Assembly: GCA_963769935.1 (NCBI GenBank)
Contig: CAVYNY010000020.1
Coordinates: forward strand, 160,001 to 224,000
Direction of reading: 5' to 3'
Source: an uncultured delta proteobacterium
Lineage (GTDB): Bacteria > Desulfobacterota > Desulfobacteria > Desulfobacterales > JAFDCJ01
Length of the DNA stretch: 64,000 nt
Numbering within the stretch: the stretch's first letter is position 1; the number at the start of each line of letters is the position of its first letter. Positions 9,515 through 20,327 of the stretch are shown piece after piece. The notes under the pieces were generated by a model that made no database searches, was not told the origin of the DNA, and was given only the letters and a program-made list of their open reading frames with translations. Both the position numbers and the translations under genes were made by a program.

Positions 9515-9592
9515 TGGTATTATTATAACCTCTCATAAAATAATAAACGAATCTAACACCTAAACTAAAGCATAAATAATATATGACAAGAT

Positions 9593-9685
9593 ATTAATCC
9601 GCCGGACTTCCGATCAGACAACGTTCTTCAATTTTCAAAAAACTATTTACAACTCCTAATGTGCAACCTTTGGGGCGGATTAATT
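9593..9685. repeat. ATTAATCCGCC...GGCGGATTAAT inverted-repeat element
   Basis: Terminal inverted repeat shared with 30593-30687. Confidence 0.6.
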
Positions 9686-10399
9686 ACGGAAATGCATCAT
9701 GTAATTAACGTGCGTATTGCCGCCCATGGAGTAGCGCCGCAGAAACGGATTATAGTGCAGCCCGGTCAGATCCTGCAGCGCCAAACCGACCTGCCCGGCC
9801 CAGGCGTCAAGTTCGGACGGTTTGACGAATTTTTTGTAGCTGTGGGTTCCCCGCCGCACCAGCTTCAATATGTATTCGGCGCCGACAATGGCAAACAAAA
9901 ATGACTTGGGGTTGCGGTTTAAGGTGGCGAAAAAGACGTCGCCTCCCGGTTTTACCATTCGGCGGCAGGCAGCGACGACCGAAGCGGGGTCGGGAACATG
10001 CTCCAGCAGTTCCAGGCAGGTCACCACATCGAATTGCTCGGGATGTTCGGCGGAAAATGCTTCGGCGGTGGCCATCCGATAATCCACTTGCAAACCGGAT
10101 TCTTTCAGGTGTAATTTCGCCACCTCCAGCGGAGCCCGCCCGGCATCGATTCCGGTTACTTCCGCCTGCAGGGCAGCCATGGCCTCCGACAAAATTCCGC
10201 CGCCGCAGGCCACATCCAGAACCTTTTTACCTGACAGGCGCGCCCGGTTGTTGATATAGGCGACCCGCAGGACATTGATGTCGTGCAGCGGTTTTTGGAT
10301 GCCGCTTTTATCCCACCAGATCGGCGCCATGGCCTCGAACTTGGCAATTTCAGCGGCATCGATGTTGGCAATCATTTTGTCGGCAGATTCATCTTTCAT
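9680..10399 (-). CDS. ubiG: UbiG-type O-methyltransferase
   Basis: [56 protein letters not shown]. Confidence 0.88.
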   Translation of the reverse strand: MKDESADKMIANIDAAEIAKFEAMAPIWWDKSGIQKPLHDINVLRVAYINNRARLSGKKVLDVACGGGILSEAMAALQAEVTGIDAGRAPLEVAKLHLKESGLQVDYRMATAEAFSAEHPEQFDVVTCLELLEHVPDPASVVAACRRMVKPGGDVFFATLNRNPKSFLFAIVGAEYILKLVRRGTHSYKKFVKPSELDAWAGQVGLALQDLTGLHYNPFLRRYSMGGNTHVNYMMHFRN

Positions 10400-10666
10400 A
10401 TTTTAAGCTCTCAAACTTTGCATAAGGTATTGCTAAAAATGGACCTTACAAGTGAGATCTATGGTCGTCAAGCCCGCAGGCGCTTAAAATATATTTAAAT
10501 GATTTAATTGAATAGATATTGACAGTAAGAAAATTTTTTGAAAACCTCCCTCTGGAAACAGGGAAACCCTGAACCCCGAACCCCGAACCCTGAATGCTGA
10601 ACCTGAACCTTTGAACATTATCAAAAAATCCGTATCCAAGAATAATATTAAATTAGGAGCGCAAAA

Positions 10667-11665
10667 ATGAATCTGGCCCAATTTCCCCGGCGACGTTATA
10701 CTGAAGGACAAACCCCGATTGAAAAACTGACCCGTCTCTCCGATGCCCTTGGCGGACCGACCCTGTATATGAAGCGGGACGATCTTCTGGGACTGGCCGG
10801 CGGCGGCAATAAAACCAGAAAACTGGAATTCCTGGTGGCCGATGCCCTGGTCCGGGGCGCCGACACGCTGATCACCTGTGGTGCGGTGCAGTCCAACCAC
10901 TGCCGTCTGACCCTGGCCGCCGCAGTCAAAGAAGGCTTGAAATGCCGACTGGTGCTGGAAGAACGGGTGCCCGGCAGCTACAACCCGGAAGCCGGCGGCA
11001 ATAATTTTCTCTATCGCCTGCTGGGCGTCGAGAAAGTCAAAGTGGTGCCGGGCGGCTCGGACATGGCCCGGGAAATGCAGCAGGTGGCCGACGAACTGGC
11101 CGCTGAAGGCCGCAAGGCTTATATTATCCCGGGCGGCGGCTCCAATCCCATCGGCGCCACGGGCTATGTGGCCTGCGCCGAAGAAATATTGGGGCAGCTA
11201 TTCGAGCAGGCCATAAGAATCGACCGCGTGGTATGCGCCAGCGGCAGCACCGGCACCCACGCCGGCCTGGTCACCGGATTCTATGGCAACAACAGCAACA
11301 TTCCGGTCATCGGCATCAATGTCAGCCGGAAAAAGCAGCAACAGGAAGAACTGGTCTACCGCCTGGTAAAGCAAACCGCCGCCCATGTGGGCATCGATGC
11401 AGTCATCCCGCAGGATGCCGTTTTGTGTTTCGACGAATATGTCGGACCGGGTTATTCCCGGCCCACACCGCAGATGGCCGAGGCGGTCCGCATGCTTGCC
11501 GGGCTGGAGGGCATATTGATGGATCCGGTTTACACCGGCAAGGCAATGGCCGGCCTGATCGATCTGGTGCGCAAGGGGTACTTTAAAAAAGAGGAGAATA
11601 TTCTCTTCGTTCACACCGGCGGTTCGCCCGCCTTGTATGTCTACATGAAGGATATACTCGACTGA
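10667..11665 (+). CDS. dcyD: D-cysteine desulfhydrase family PLP enzyme (DcyD/CuyA)
   Basis: KRDDLLGLAGGGNKTRKLEFL, QSNHCR, IPGGGS, GSTGTHAG, DPVYTGK, HTGG. Confidence 0.88.
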   Translation: MNLAQFPRRRYTEGQTPIEKLTRLSDALGGPTLYMKRDDLLGLAGGGNKTRKLEFLVADALVRGADTLITCGAVQSNHCRLTLAAAVKEGLKCRLVLEERVPGSYNPEAGGNNFLYRLLGVEKVKVVPGGSDMAREMQQVADELAAEGRKAYIIPGGGSNPIGATGYVACAEEILGQLFEQAIRIDRVVCASGSTGTHAGLVTGFYGNNSNIPVIGINVSRKKQQQEELVYRLVKQTAAHVGIDAVIPQDAVLCFDEYVGPGYSRPTPQMAEAVRMLAGLEGILMDPVYTGKAMAGLIDLVRKGYFKKEENILFVHTGGSPALYVYMKDILD

Positions 11666-11862
11666 TTCGGCTTCAAAACCATATTCGGAGCTATCGCGCA
11701 CCATACTGCTTTGGCCTTGCCCCGCATGTGGGTAACATCCGCTATCCCCAACTATACCAACTAACCTGGCAGCGTTCCAACAACGTAAAATAATTCATCT
11801 GTAAACTTGAAATCTCAAACTTAAGATTTGACATTTCAACGCTAAGACGTTATCAACAACAT

Positions 11863-13014
11863 ATGAACCTGATTGAAAGAAAGACGGACTTAGCACAGAT
11901 CCGCTCCTTATTGCGAATATTCCCGGTGGTTGCCATCCTGGGTAAGCGCCAGTGCGGTAAAACCACCATCGCCAAGGGTTTTGAATTCGATCATTATTTC
12001 GATCTCGAGAGTCCAAGAGACCTGGCGGCCCTGGACCAGCCGCAGTTGGCTCTGGAGGCCCTGGAGGGATTGATTGTTATCGATGAAATCCAGCGCAAAC
12101 CCAATCTCTTCCCTCTGCTCCGTCACCTGGTCGATAATTTGGCCACGCAGCGTTATCTGATCCTGGGCAGCGCGTCACGCGATTTGATTCGGCAGAGTTC
12201 CGAGACCCTGGCGGGAAGAATCGGGTATTTCAACCTGGGCGGGTTTCGTATCGCTGATGTCGGGTCAAACGAGATCGTTAAGCTTTGGCTCAGGGGCGGT
12301 CTGCCCAGGTCCTTTCTGGCCGCAAACGATGAAGAAAGCGCTGTCTGGAGAGAGAATTATATTGCGACTTTCCTGGAAAGGGACCTTCCCCAACTGGGCA
12401 TCTCAATTCCGGCCAACACCTTGAGACGGTTTTGGACCATGCTGGGGCATTACCACGGCCAAATTATCAACTATTCCGAGCTGGCCCGCAATTTCGGTAT
12501 TTCGGATATGACTGCCCGCAAATATATCGAGCTCCTCGAAGGCACGTTCATGCTCCGAGTACTTCAACCCTGGCACGTCAACATCGGCAAGCGTCTGGTG
12601 AAACGGCCTAAATTGTATTTTACGGATCCGGGCATTTTCCATTCTCTACTTGCAGTCGGCCGGAGAAAAGAGCTTTTGACGCACCCCAAATTAGGCGCTT
12701 CCTGGGAAGGCTTTGCTCTGGAGTGCGTGGTCCGCAGCATTGGAAAGCGAAACGAGGAAGTCTTCTTCTGGAGAACTCACAGCGGTGCCGAAGTCGATCT
12801 TTTCTGGCAGCACCAAGGCAAAAGCTGGGCAGTAGAATTCAAGTACATGGACGCACCCAGAAAATCGGCGGCGATGCAGTCGGCGCTGGAGGATCTCGGA
12901 CTGGCACACCTGTGGGTGGTCTACCCGGGATCTATAAGATACCGCCTTGCGGATAACATCACGGCCCTCCCGCTTTCAGACATGACCGATCCCTGGTCAT
13001 ACCCCAGGCTTTGA
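11863..13014 (+). CDS. AAA+ ATPase (AAA_14) with DUF4143 domain
   Basis: Walker A GKRQCGKTT, IDEIQ, LGSAS, RGGLP, KRPKLYFTD, EVDL..EFK. Confidence 0.88.
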   Translation: MNLIERKTDLAQIRSLLRIFPVVAILGKRQCGKTTIAKGFEFDHYFDLESPRDLAALDQPQLALEALEGLIVIDEIQRKPNLFPLLRHLVDNLATQRYLILGSASRDLIRQSSETLAGRIGYFNLGGFRIADVGSNEIVKLWLRGGLPRSFLAANDEESAVWRENYIATFLERDLPQLGISIPANTLRRFWTMLGHYHGQIINYSELARNFGISDMTARKYIELLEGTFMLRVLQPWHVNIGKRLVKRPKLYFTDPGIFHSLLAVGRRKELLTHPKLGASWEGFALECVVRSIGKRNEEVFFWRTHSGAEVDLFWQHQGKSWAVEFKYMDAPRKSAAMQSALEDLGLAHLWVVYPGSIRYRLADNITALPLSDMTDPWSYPRL

Positions 13015-13151
13015 AAGGCCCAAGTGCAACCCACCTGCTCGTCGGCTGGTCATCTGTAAATATCAACCTGTCAGAGAGGAAGGCTGTCTAATTTTTTTCT
13101 GATGCCAAGATAGTGAAAGACGCAGATTTGTCTAACCCTTTAAACTCTGGT

Positions 13152-13898
13152 TTAACAGAAGAGAAATAAATCGAAATCCGCAAACTCCCATAAGAACTCT
13201 TCAATATGGGCGATTTCATCCATGCCTTCAGCCAGCACGCCGTCCAGTCCCACCTGAAACGGGATGTGGCCGGTAGTATAAAAGTAAAGCTTTTTGGCGG
13301 TCGTCAGGATGGTTTGAAACTCCTCCCTGCTGACAAAGGAATAGATTTTGATGAAGTCGAAGCCCTGGTATTTTTGCCTGATCACGATATTGGCGGGATC
13401 TTCGCTAAAATGTCCGCGCAGCAGGGGCCCACAGGTCAGAATACTGGGGCCGTCGAGCAGCCCGGCATCGATTTGTTTTCGCCATTGGAGCCCGTAGCGG
13501 CCGGTTTTTCCATCAGGACCGAAACAGCGAATCGTGGTTACGCCGGTGGCAAGATACAGCTTCAGAGGGGACACCGGCCAGGCATTGCTCATCCAGTCGT
13601 ATCGCAGATGCATATGCATGTCGGCCAGACCCGGCATCAGGTAGGTGTCCCGGCAGTCGATCACTTTTACATTTGGCGGGATCTCGGTTTGGTTCGCAGG
13701 CCCCACGAAGGAGATTTGTCTACCATTGACGACCACGGTCTGATCGGGCAGAACGGCCTCTGTTGTCATTGGGATAAGGTTGGCATGCGTGAATACGATG
13801 GGAGGTTTTTCCAAAGCCGAGGCGCCTGCGGACAGCTGAATCCAGAACAGACAAACGCCGAAAACTGATAGAAGGGGCAGAAGACGTCTGTACTTCAT
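13152..13898 (-). pseudogene. C-terminally truncated exported amidohydrolase
   Basis: Signal peptide, LMPGLADMHMH, GVTTIR, DFIKIY, TGH, EIAHIEE, then stops at about 249 aa (roughly half a typical barrel). Confidence 0.7.
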
Positions 13899-14147
13899 GG
13901 CAGACTGCTCCTTTCTTACTATCACCGAGTCATCGCGGGTTGGGAAGTTTAGGTAGCTGGCATCATCTCTGCCGGATCATTTCATCGGGTGAAACGATCA
14001 GGCAAGGTCTTGTCTTCTTAAATTCCGCAGTGCATACATTCTGGATACATAGTTGCAGACTGTCAATAAAATCTTGATTTCCTTTTATGTCGCATGGCAT
14101 AAGGAAATTCAATTTTAAACACAACACGATTCTGAAAGGGACCGAAT

Positions 14148-16169
14148 ATGTGGAAACGCGCGGTCTGCACCAAGGATTGTCCCGATACCTGCGGTTTGTT
14201 GGTCAAGGTCGAGGACGGACGTATCGCAGCCGTCAAAGGGGATCCGGATCATCCCTTCACCGGCGGCTTTATCTGCCAAAAAGCCCGCTACTTTCCAGAG
14301 CATGTCCACTCGCCCAAACGCATCACCGCCCCGCTCAGGCGGATAGGGCCCAAGGGCGCCGGCCAATTCGAACCGATCGATTGGGACGAGGCGTTGGATG
14401 AAGTGGCCTCCCGCATGAAGTCCGTATGCGCCGAGTTCGGGCCGGAGGCAATCCTGCCGTACTCGTACGCCGGCCACATGGGCCTCGTCCACCGCAACGC
14501 CGGCCATGCTTTTTTCAACCGGCTGGGGGCCAGCCGTCTGAACTACACCATCTGCGGACCTGCGGCCCAGGCCGGATTTGAAGTTAGTTTAGGCAGGGGA
14601 CCCAGCACCGAGATCGAATCGGCCGCCCGGTCGGACTATATTATTATTTGGGGCAGCAACACCATGACGACCAACATTCATGCCTGGCCCCATTTCAATA
14701 CGGCCCGGAAGGCCGGAGCCACACTTGTCGTTATTGACCCCTATCGAAATCGAACGGCCCGACGGGTCGATATGCACCTGATGATCAAACCGGGCACGGA
14801 TGCCGCGCTGGCGCTGGCCATGATGCACGTTCTGATCGAGCGCGATATGATCGACCATGACTTTATTGCCCGGAAGACTGTGGGCTTTGAGAAATTGAAG
14901 GCCAGGGTCGCTGAGTACACCTCGGCCCGGACGGCCGATATCTGCGGCTTGTCCGAGGACATGATAGTCCGACTGGCCGAAGGTTATGGCCGTGCCAGGG
15001 CGCCCTACATCCGAACCGGGTGGGGGCCGGCACGCCAGCTTAAGGGGGCCATGGCGATGCGCACCATCGCCTTGTTGCCGGCCTTAGTCGGCGCTTTTGA
15101 TAAACCGGGCGGAGGGATTACCCGCGGTTTGGGCGGTGCACCCTCCGACTTGAGCCGATTGACTCGACCGGATCTGCGCCCTCCCGGCACCCGGACGGTC
15201 AACATGGTCCAACTGGGCAACGCTCTGACCAGACTGGATGATCCGCCGGTCAAACTGCTGTACGTTTATCTTTCCAACCCAGCCGTGGTTGCGCCGCAAT
15301 CGCGTGAGGTACTGGCCGGATTGGCCCGCCAAGACCTGTTCCTGGTTGTGCAGGAAATGTTTCCGACCGACACCACCCGCTACGCGGATATCGTTCTGCC
15401 GGGCGCCGGCTTTTTAGAAGTTACCGATATTTACCGGGCTTACGGCCACAATTACATCCAAATGGCCCGGCCGGTCATTCCGCCGGTGGGACAAAGCCGG
15501 TCCACGCTGGCCATCTTCCAGGATCTTGCGGCCAGACTCGGTTTCCAAGACGACGTGTTTTCCTTGGACGAGATGGACTTCATTGAAGGATTTTTAGGCG
15601 AAGACTCGCCCTATCTGGAAGGAGTCGATTTTGCGGCGCTGAAAGCCGGCCGGCCGGTGCGGCTGAACATACCGTCCAATCCATATGCCAATGGATTCTC
15701 CACGCCGTCAGGCAAGGTGGAATTCTACTCGCAGGCCATGGCCGAGCGAGGCCTCGATCCCCTTCCCGACGGGCAGCCGCTAAGGGATCCCGACGGCGGG
15801 CGCAGATACAGTCTGGAGTTTATCACTCCGCCCCATCATTTCTTCCTCAATTCCGCCTTCAACGAGATAGATGAACTCAGGGGAAGGGCCGGCGAGGCCA
15901 AGGTGATGATCCATCCTGAAACCGCCCGTGCCAGGGGCATAACCGACGGCGACCGGGTCAGAGTGTTCAACGACCGTGGCGAGTGCAGCTGTAAGGCACA
16001 GGTAACCGATGACACCCAGCCCGGTCTTTTAGTGGCCGAAGGCCTCCACTGGCCCAGCCTCTCGCCCGGCGGCGGGGCCAACCAACTGACCAGCCAGAGA
16101 CTGACCGACATGGGTGAGACCTGTGCCTTCCATTGCAGCTTGGTAGAGGTTCAACTGCAAGGCAGCTAA
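14148..16169 (+). CDS. Molybdopterin-dependent oxidoreductase (DMSO reductase superfamily)
   Basis: CTKDCPDTC..C Fe-S motif, TIC ligand motif, IWGSN, PGTDAALA, TDTTRYADIVLP, IHPETARARGI. Confidence 0.9.
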   Translation: MWKRAVCTKDCPDTCGLLVKVEDGRIAAVKGDPDHPFTGGFICQKARYFPEHVHSPKRITAPLRRIGPKGAGQFEPIDWDEALDEVASRMKSVCAEFGPEAILPYSYAGHMGLVHRNAGHAFFNRLGASRLNYTICGPAAQAGFEVSLGRGPSTEIESAARSDYIIIWGSNTMTTNIHAWPHFNTARKAGATLVVIDPYRNRTARRVDMHLMIKPGTDAALALAMMHVLIERDMIDHDFIARKTVGFEKLKARVAEYTSARTADICGLSEDMIVRLAEGYGRARAPYIRTGWGPARQLKGAMAMRTIALLPALVGAFDKPGGGITRGLGGAPSDLSRLTRPDLRPPGTRTVNMVQLGNALTRLDDPPVKLLYVYLSNPAVVAPQSREVLAGLARQDLFLVVQEMFPTDTTRYADIVLPGAGFLEVTDIYRAYGHNYIQMARPVIPPVGQSRSTLAIFQDLAARLGFQDDVFSLDEMDFIEGFLGEDSPYLEGVDFAALKAGRPVRLNIPSNPYANGFSTPSGKVEFYSQAMAERGLDPLPDGQPLRDPDGGRRYSLEFITPPHHFFLNSAFNEIDELRGRAGEAKVMIHPETARARGITDGDRVRVFNDRGECSCKAQVTDDTQPGLLVAEGLHWPSLSPGGGANQLTSQRLTDMGETCAFHCSLVEVQLQGS

Positions 16170-16314
16170 AAAAATTTGCTTTTTCAAGAAGATGCCGGTT
16201 CATTCGCCTTCGCCAGGATACTCTGCAGCTTGCTGCGGGGAGCTTCATTATTTATAGCCAACATCGAAAAAATCAAATATACTTATAGTCTCCTGAGATT
16301 TTTGCACCAATTAA

Positions 16315-16675
16315 TCAGAATGCCGCGAAAGCGGGTGTAAATGTCGTCGGCGTAGCGGTTGAGGGAGCCGCCAGGATGAACGAAGCGGACAACGCCATGG
16401 CGACGACCACCAGCCAACGCGAATCGACTTTGCCTCCAGCGGCAGCCATGGCGCAGACGATGAGCCCGAACTCGCTGAAGTTGGCGAGATTCGCCGTAGT
16501 GAGAAAAGAGTTCCTGGCGTTCAGCCTGAAGCGGGAAAACACGAGGATGTAGAGAAGCATTTTTATCGGCAGTGCCAAGACGAGGATAGCAGCTGCGAAG
16601 AGCCCGGATGCTCCGGGCAGGCCCATCATTCCGATTTTAAGAAAAAAACCAACCATCAAAAGCTCCTCGATGTAC
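16315..16675 (-). pseudogene. Internal fragment of a Kef-type cation:proton antiporter
   Basis: LMVGFFLKIG, LANFSEFGLIV, VAMALSASFILAAP; neither terminus present. Confidence 0.65.
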
Positions 16676-16775
16676 ATCAAGGCAGCAACCAATTCCAATG
16701 GTGATAATTGCAGCGGCTATATACATTGTATATGGGTACCATTTGATGAAATTATCAGTGCGTTCTTTTAAGGGT

Positions 16776-17843
16776 TCACTTGGCCGGTTGCAGTTGACCG
16801 CTGTCGATCATCTGTTGAAAAAAGTCGACCACTGAGTCTTTCATCGGGCGGTATTGCATGCCCAAATCTCGCACACCCTTACTGTTGTCGCCCATCCAGG
16901 GCAGGTTCACATTGCGGGAAACCCACTTTCGCGTCATTGCCTTGTTGACCATCGGTGCAACCAGCCATACCAGCCACTTGGGCATCACCTTGCGCGGTAT
17001 CGGATAGTCATTTCCGAACCTGTCGCGAAGCGCTTCGGCCATACTGGAAAAATCTGTATTATGCCCCGAGATAATGTAGCGGCCCTGGGCTTCCGGAGTG
17101 AAAGCCGCCTTGCAGTGTGCATCTGCCAGGTCGCGGACATCGACCACGCCAAACCCTACCCGCGGAGCACCGGACTTCATGGATCCGTCACCGAACTGCT
17201 TTATAATCTTGAAACTTTCAGAGGTTGCATATGGATTAAGGCCGGGTCCGATGACGAACGAGGGGTTAATCGCAACCAAATCCCAGTGTGTTTGCTTTTC
17301 GCTAATCTTCCAGGCTTCCTTTTCGGCCACAGTTTTCGAATATGAATAGGGTTGATGGTCGAGTGATGAGCTCGTATTCCACAGCGCTTCAGTAAAAATT
17401 CCATTCGGTGTCTTTTTCAGGTCGGCATTGTCGCCGTAAATGGCCGCACAACTGCTGGTCAGGACCACTCTTTTCACCGAAGGAGTCCGATTCACTTCTT
17501 CCAAGACATTTCGGGTACCCAATTGTGCCGGATCGACGAGTTCCTTCTGCGGATCAACCACATCGATCTTGAACGGAGATGCCGTGTGGAAGACGATCCG
17601 GCATCCGGCCATGGCTTCCGCATATGAGCCTTGATCAAGCAGGCCTGCCTTGAAGTATACGATCTTGCCCGGCGCTTCCTCAGCGATACGGTCCAGGTAC
17701 TTCAGCTTTTCCGGGTTGTGAGGATCTCGGACCGGAGCATGGACAGTCAGCCCCTCATTGAGCAGTTTTTTGACGACCCACCCTGCAACATACCCGGTGG
17801 CACCCGTAATCATCACCGGCATTTTTTTGTCTATCTTCATCAT
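16776..17843 (-). CDS. NAD-dependent epimerase/dehydratase (dihydroflavonol/aldehyde reductase-like SDR)
   Basis: TGATGYVA, HTASP, LTSSCAAI, YSYSK, DVRD. Confidence 0.9.
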   Translation of the reverse strand: MMKIDKKMPVMITGATGYVAGWVVKKLLNEGLTVHAPVRDPHNPEKLKYLDRIAEEAPGKIVYFKAGLLDQGSYAEAMAGCRIVFHTASPFKIDVVDPQKELVDPAQLGTRNVLEEVNRTPSVKRVVLTSSCAAIYGDNADLKKTPNGIFTEALWNTSSSLDHQPYSYSKTVAEKEAWKISEKQTHWDLVAINPSFVIGPGLNPYATSESFKIIKQFGDGSMKSGAPRVGFGVVDVRDLADAHCKAAFTPEAQGRYIISGHNTDFSSMAEALRDRFGNDYPIPRKVMPKWLVWLVAPMVNKAMTRKWVSRNVNLPWMGDNSKGVRDLGMQYRPMKDSVVDFFQQMIDSGQLQPAK

Positions 17844-18150
17844 GTGAACTTCCCTCCCTGACGCTTCCTTATATCCAATCCGACTCGTTGTTATCTGGAA
17901 ACAATTTAAGCAACCCAAAGAAAAACGCAATAGCGTATCGCGCCAAGCAACAAACAAAACACGCCAACATGCGATATTTTTCCCGCAAGCCGATGTGGCG
18001 CATTTTGCATATTGGAGTTACACTTCTTATCGGCGGGCTTTGGGATTAAATTCGATTGATGCAGGAGAAGCGATCCTTATTTTATCGTTATAGACCTTTC
18101 TGTCGATATCCAGAAAGACAGATTTGGGGAGTATGTTCGAAAATATACTC

Positions 18151-18339
18151 TTACATCATCTTGGGGGTGATTAATTGGACCGTCGGAAAATGTGTACGAT
18201 ATCTTGAAGGATCGCGTGTGAGTAAGTCAATTTTTAAGATAGCGGCTTGTGCACCGATATAAAAGTCGGGTAGTTGAGATCGTTTCGTGCCTTTGTTTTT
18301 TCGATATGCTAAAAAAGCTTTTCCCACCAGAAAATTCAT
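18151..18339 (-). pseudogene. C-terminal fragment of a PIN/VapC toxin
   Basis: GKAFLAYRK..LPDFYIGAQAA..LLTRDPSRYRTHFP; PIN N-terminus absent. Confidence 0.75.
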
Positions 18340-19874
18340 AATTGATAAATACCGGCAAGACTTTCAAAGGTATCTTTTAATTGATGATAAAGATTGCTGT
18401 AAATCGGGTATAACTTTTGATAGATTTTGGCGTTTTTTTCATTCGGCAGCGTTCTTTTTTCGGTTTTGATAAGCTGAACGGCTTCTTCGACCGTCTGCCA
18501 GACGCCCACGCCCGCGCCGGCCACCAATGCAGCACCGAAGGCGCCGCCTTCCGCGCTGCCGCTGACGGTAATCACTTCGCTGTTAAATACATCGGCATGA
18601 ATCTGGCGCCAGAAGTCGCTGAGCGCGCCGCCGCCTGAAGTCCGAATCTGGCCGATTTCCATGCCCATCTCCTCGATCAGCCGCGTCACGTCTTTCAGGC
18701 TGAAAACGACGCCTTCGAGCACGCTGCGCAATATGCTGCGACGATCGTGGCGCAGGGTAAGGCCGATAAATCCGCCACGCGCCTTGGGATCCGGATGCGG
18801 GCATCTTTCACCGATCAAATAAGGCAGAAAAAGCAGTCCTTCACATCCGGCCTCGGCCAGTTCAGCCTCCGCCGTATAGAGTTCGTAAACATCTTTGCCC
18901 AGCCAGCGGGCCGCTTCGTTTTCGGCGCCGCCCAGCATGTCGCGCACCCAGCGCAAAGACCCGCCGGCTGCCAGCGTGACCCCCATGGTGTGCCATTTAT
19001 CCGGCATGTTGTTGCAGAATACCTGCAGTTTGCCCTGCGGATTGTCATAGCATCGATCGAGCGCCATGGCGACATTGCCGGCCGTTCCAATGGTGGTTCC
19101 CAATATTCCGGGCTTGACCAGACCGGTGCCGGTGGTTTGCGCCACGGCATCGCCGCCCCCGCCGGCAATCGGAAGTCCGGCCGGCAGCCCGAGTTCACCG
19201 GCGATATCTTTCAGCAGAAAGCCGCTGATTTCAGGCGACTCATAGCAGGCCGGCAGCAGATCTTTGGAGATATTCAACAGCTCCAGCAAAGCCAAAGACC
19301 ACTGGCGTTCCCGCACGTTAAACAGCCCCGTACCGGAAGCATCCGATACTTCGGTGGCATATTCTCCGGTCAGCCGGTAGCGGATGTAGTCTTTTGGATT
19401 TAATATCGCGCGGGTCTTTTCGTAGGTGTCCGGCTCGTTTTCCCGCAGCCATAGAATCTTGCCCCCGGTATACCCCGGCAGCATCTGGTTGTTTGTGAGC
19501 TTCAGCAGGCCGTCGATCCCGCCGGCCAACGCATGAATTTTGCGGCACTGTTCGCCGGTACGCTGATCGTTCCAGAGAATCGCGCGGCGCAGGACGCTGC
19601 CCTTTGCATCAAGGGCCACCAATCCATGCATCTGACCGCTTAACCCGACGGCCTTGATGGCGTCGACAGGCTGAAACCCGTTCAAGACTTTTTTTAAAGT
19701 CGATAAGACGGCCTGCCACCAGTGCTCGGGATCCTGTTCCGACCAGCCGGGCCGCGGTGTAAACAAGGGATACTCTTCAACCGCACGTCTGACCACCTCG
19801 CCTGCATGATCGATAATGAGGGTTTTACATCCCGAAGTCCCGATATCGATGCCGATGATGTATTGTTTGGACAT
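18336..19874 (-). CDS. xylB: Xylulokinase (FGGY family)
   Basis: GIDIGTSGCK, SEQDPEHWW, SGQMHG, WNDQRT, SDASGT, PYLIGERCP, WRQIHAD. Confidence 0.85.
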   Translation of the reverse strand: MSKQYIIGIDIGTSGCKTLIIDHAGEVVRRAVEEYPLFTPRPGWSEQDPEHWWQAVLSTLKKVLNGFQPVDAIKAVGLSGQMHGLVALDAKGSVLRRAILWNDQRTGEQCRKIHALAGGIDGLLKLTNNQMLPGYTGGKILWLRENEPDTYEKTRAILNPKDYIRYRLTGEYATEVSDASGTGLFNVRERQWSLALLELLNISKDLLPACYESPEISGFLLKDIAGELGLPAGLPIAGGGGDAVAQTTGTGLVKPGILGTTIGTAGNVAMALDRCYDNPQGKLQVFCNNMPDKWHTMGVTLAAGGSLRWVRDMLGGAENEAARWLGKDVYELYTAEAELAEAGCEGLLFLPYLIGERCPHPDPKARGGFIGLTLRHDRRSILRSVLEGVVFSLKDVTRLIEEMGMEIGQIRTSGGGALSDFWRQIHADVFNSEVITVSGSAEGGAFGAALVAGAGVGVWQTVEEAVQLIKTEKRTLPNEKNAKIYQKLYPIYSNLYHQLKDTFESLAGIYQL

Positions 19875-20327
19875 GGCAGAATCCTCTACAGACAATCATT
19901 CTCCGAGTAAATTTTAAATAATCGCCGGCTGAAAATTGTTGATTCACAACTCAAAGATCTAATAATTTCCTTCCCAGACCATGTCAATCTTAATTTTGAT
20001 CACCTCATAATCATCACCGGCCATTGGACTTAGTCGGTTCCGGATTTTATTCGCAGTGCATTACTGAATATCCAGCATCCAGAATCCTGCTACTGGCTTG
20101 TACGCTATGGCCTTTGCTCTTTGCCCTCTTCTATGCGCCCTGCCCTATGCGCACTTCCACGCACCCCGTAACGCGCAACCCGTTTTCGGTTTGACAATTC
20201 CAACAAAAAATCCTATTTACCGGCTTTAGTTCGTGGGGGGACCCGGTCTTTCCATTTTCAATTCAACTTTCAACCTGCCGTCACTTTTCTCACTGTTTAT
20301 TTAACCGCATAAATAAAGGAGGAAGAA

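Noticed and set aside
14148..16169. Selenocysteine formate-dehydrogenase-type enzyme
   Set aside because: No in-frame TGA; the ligand motif is TIC, without the FDH C/U-H signature
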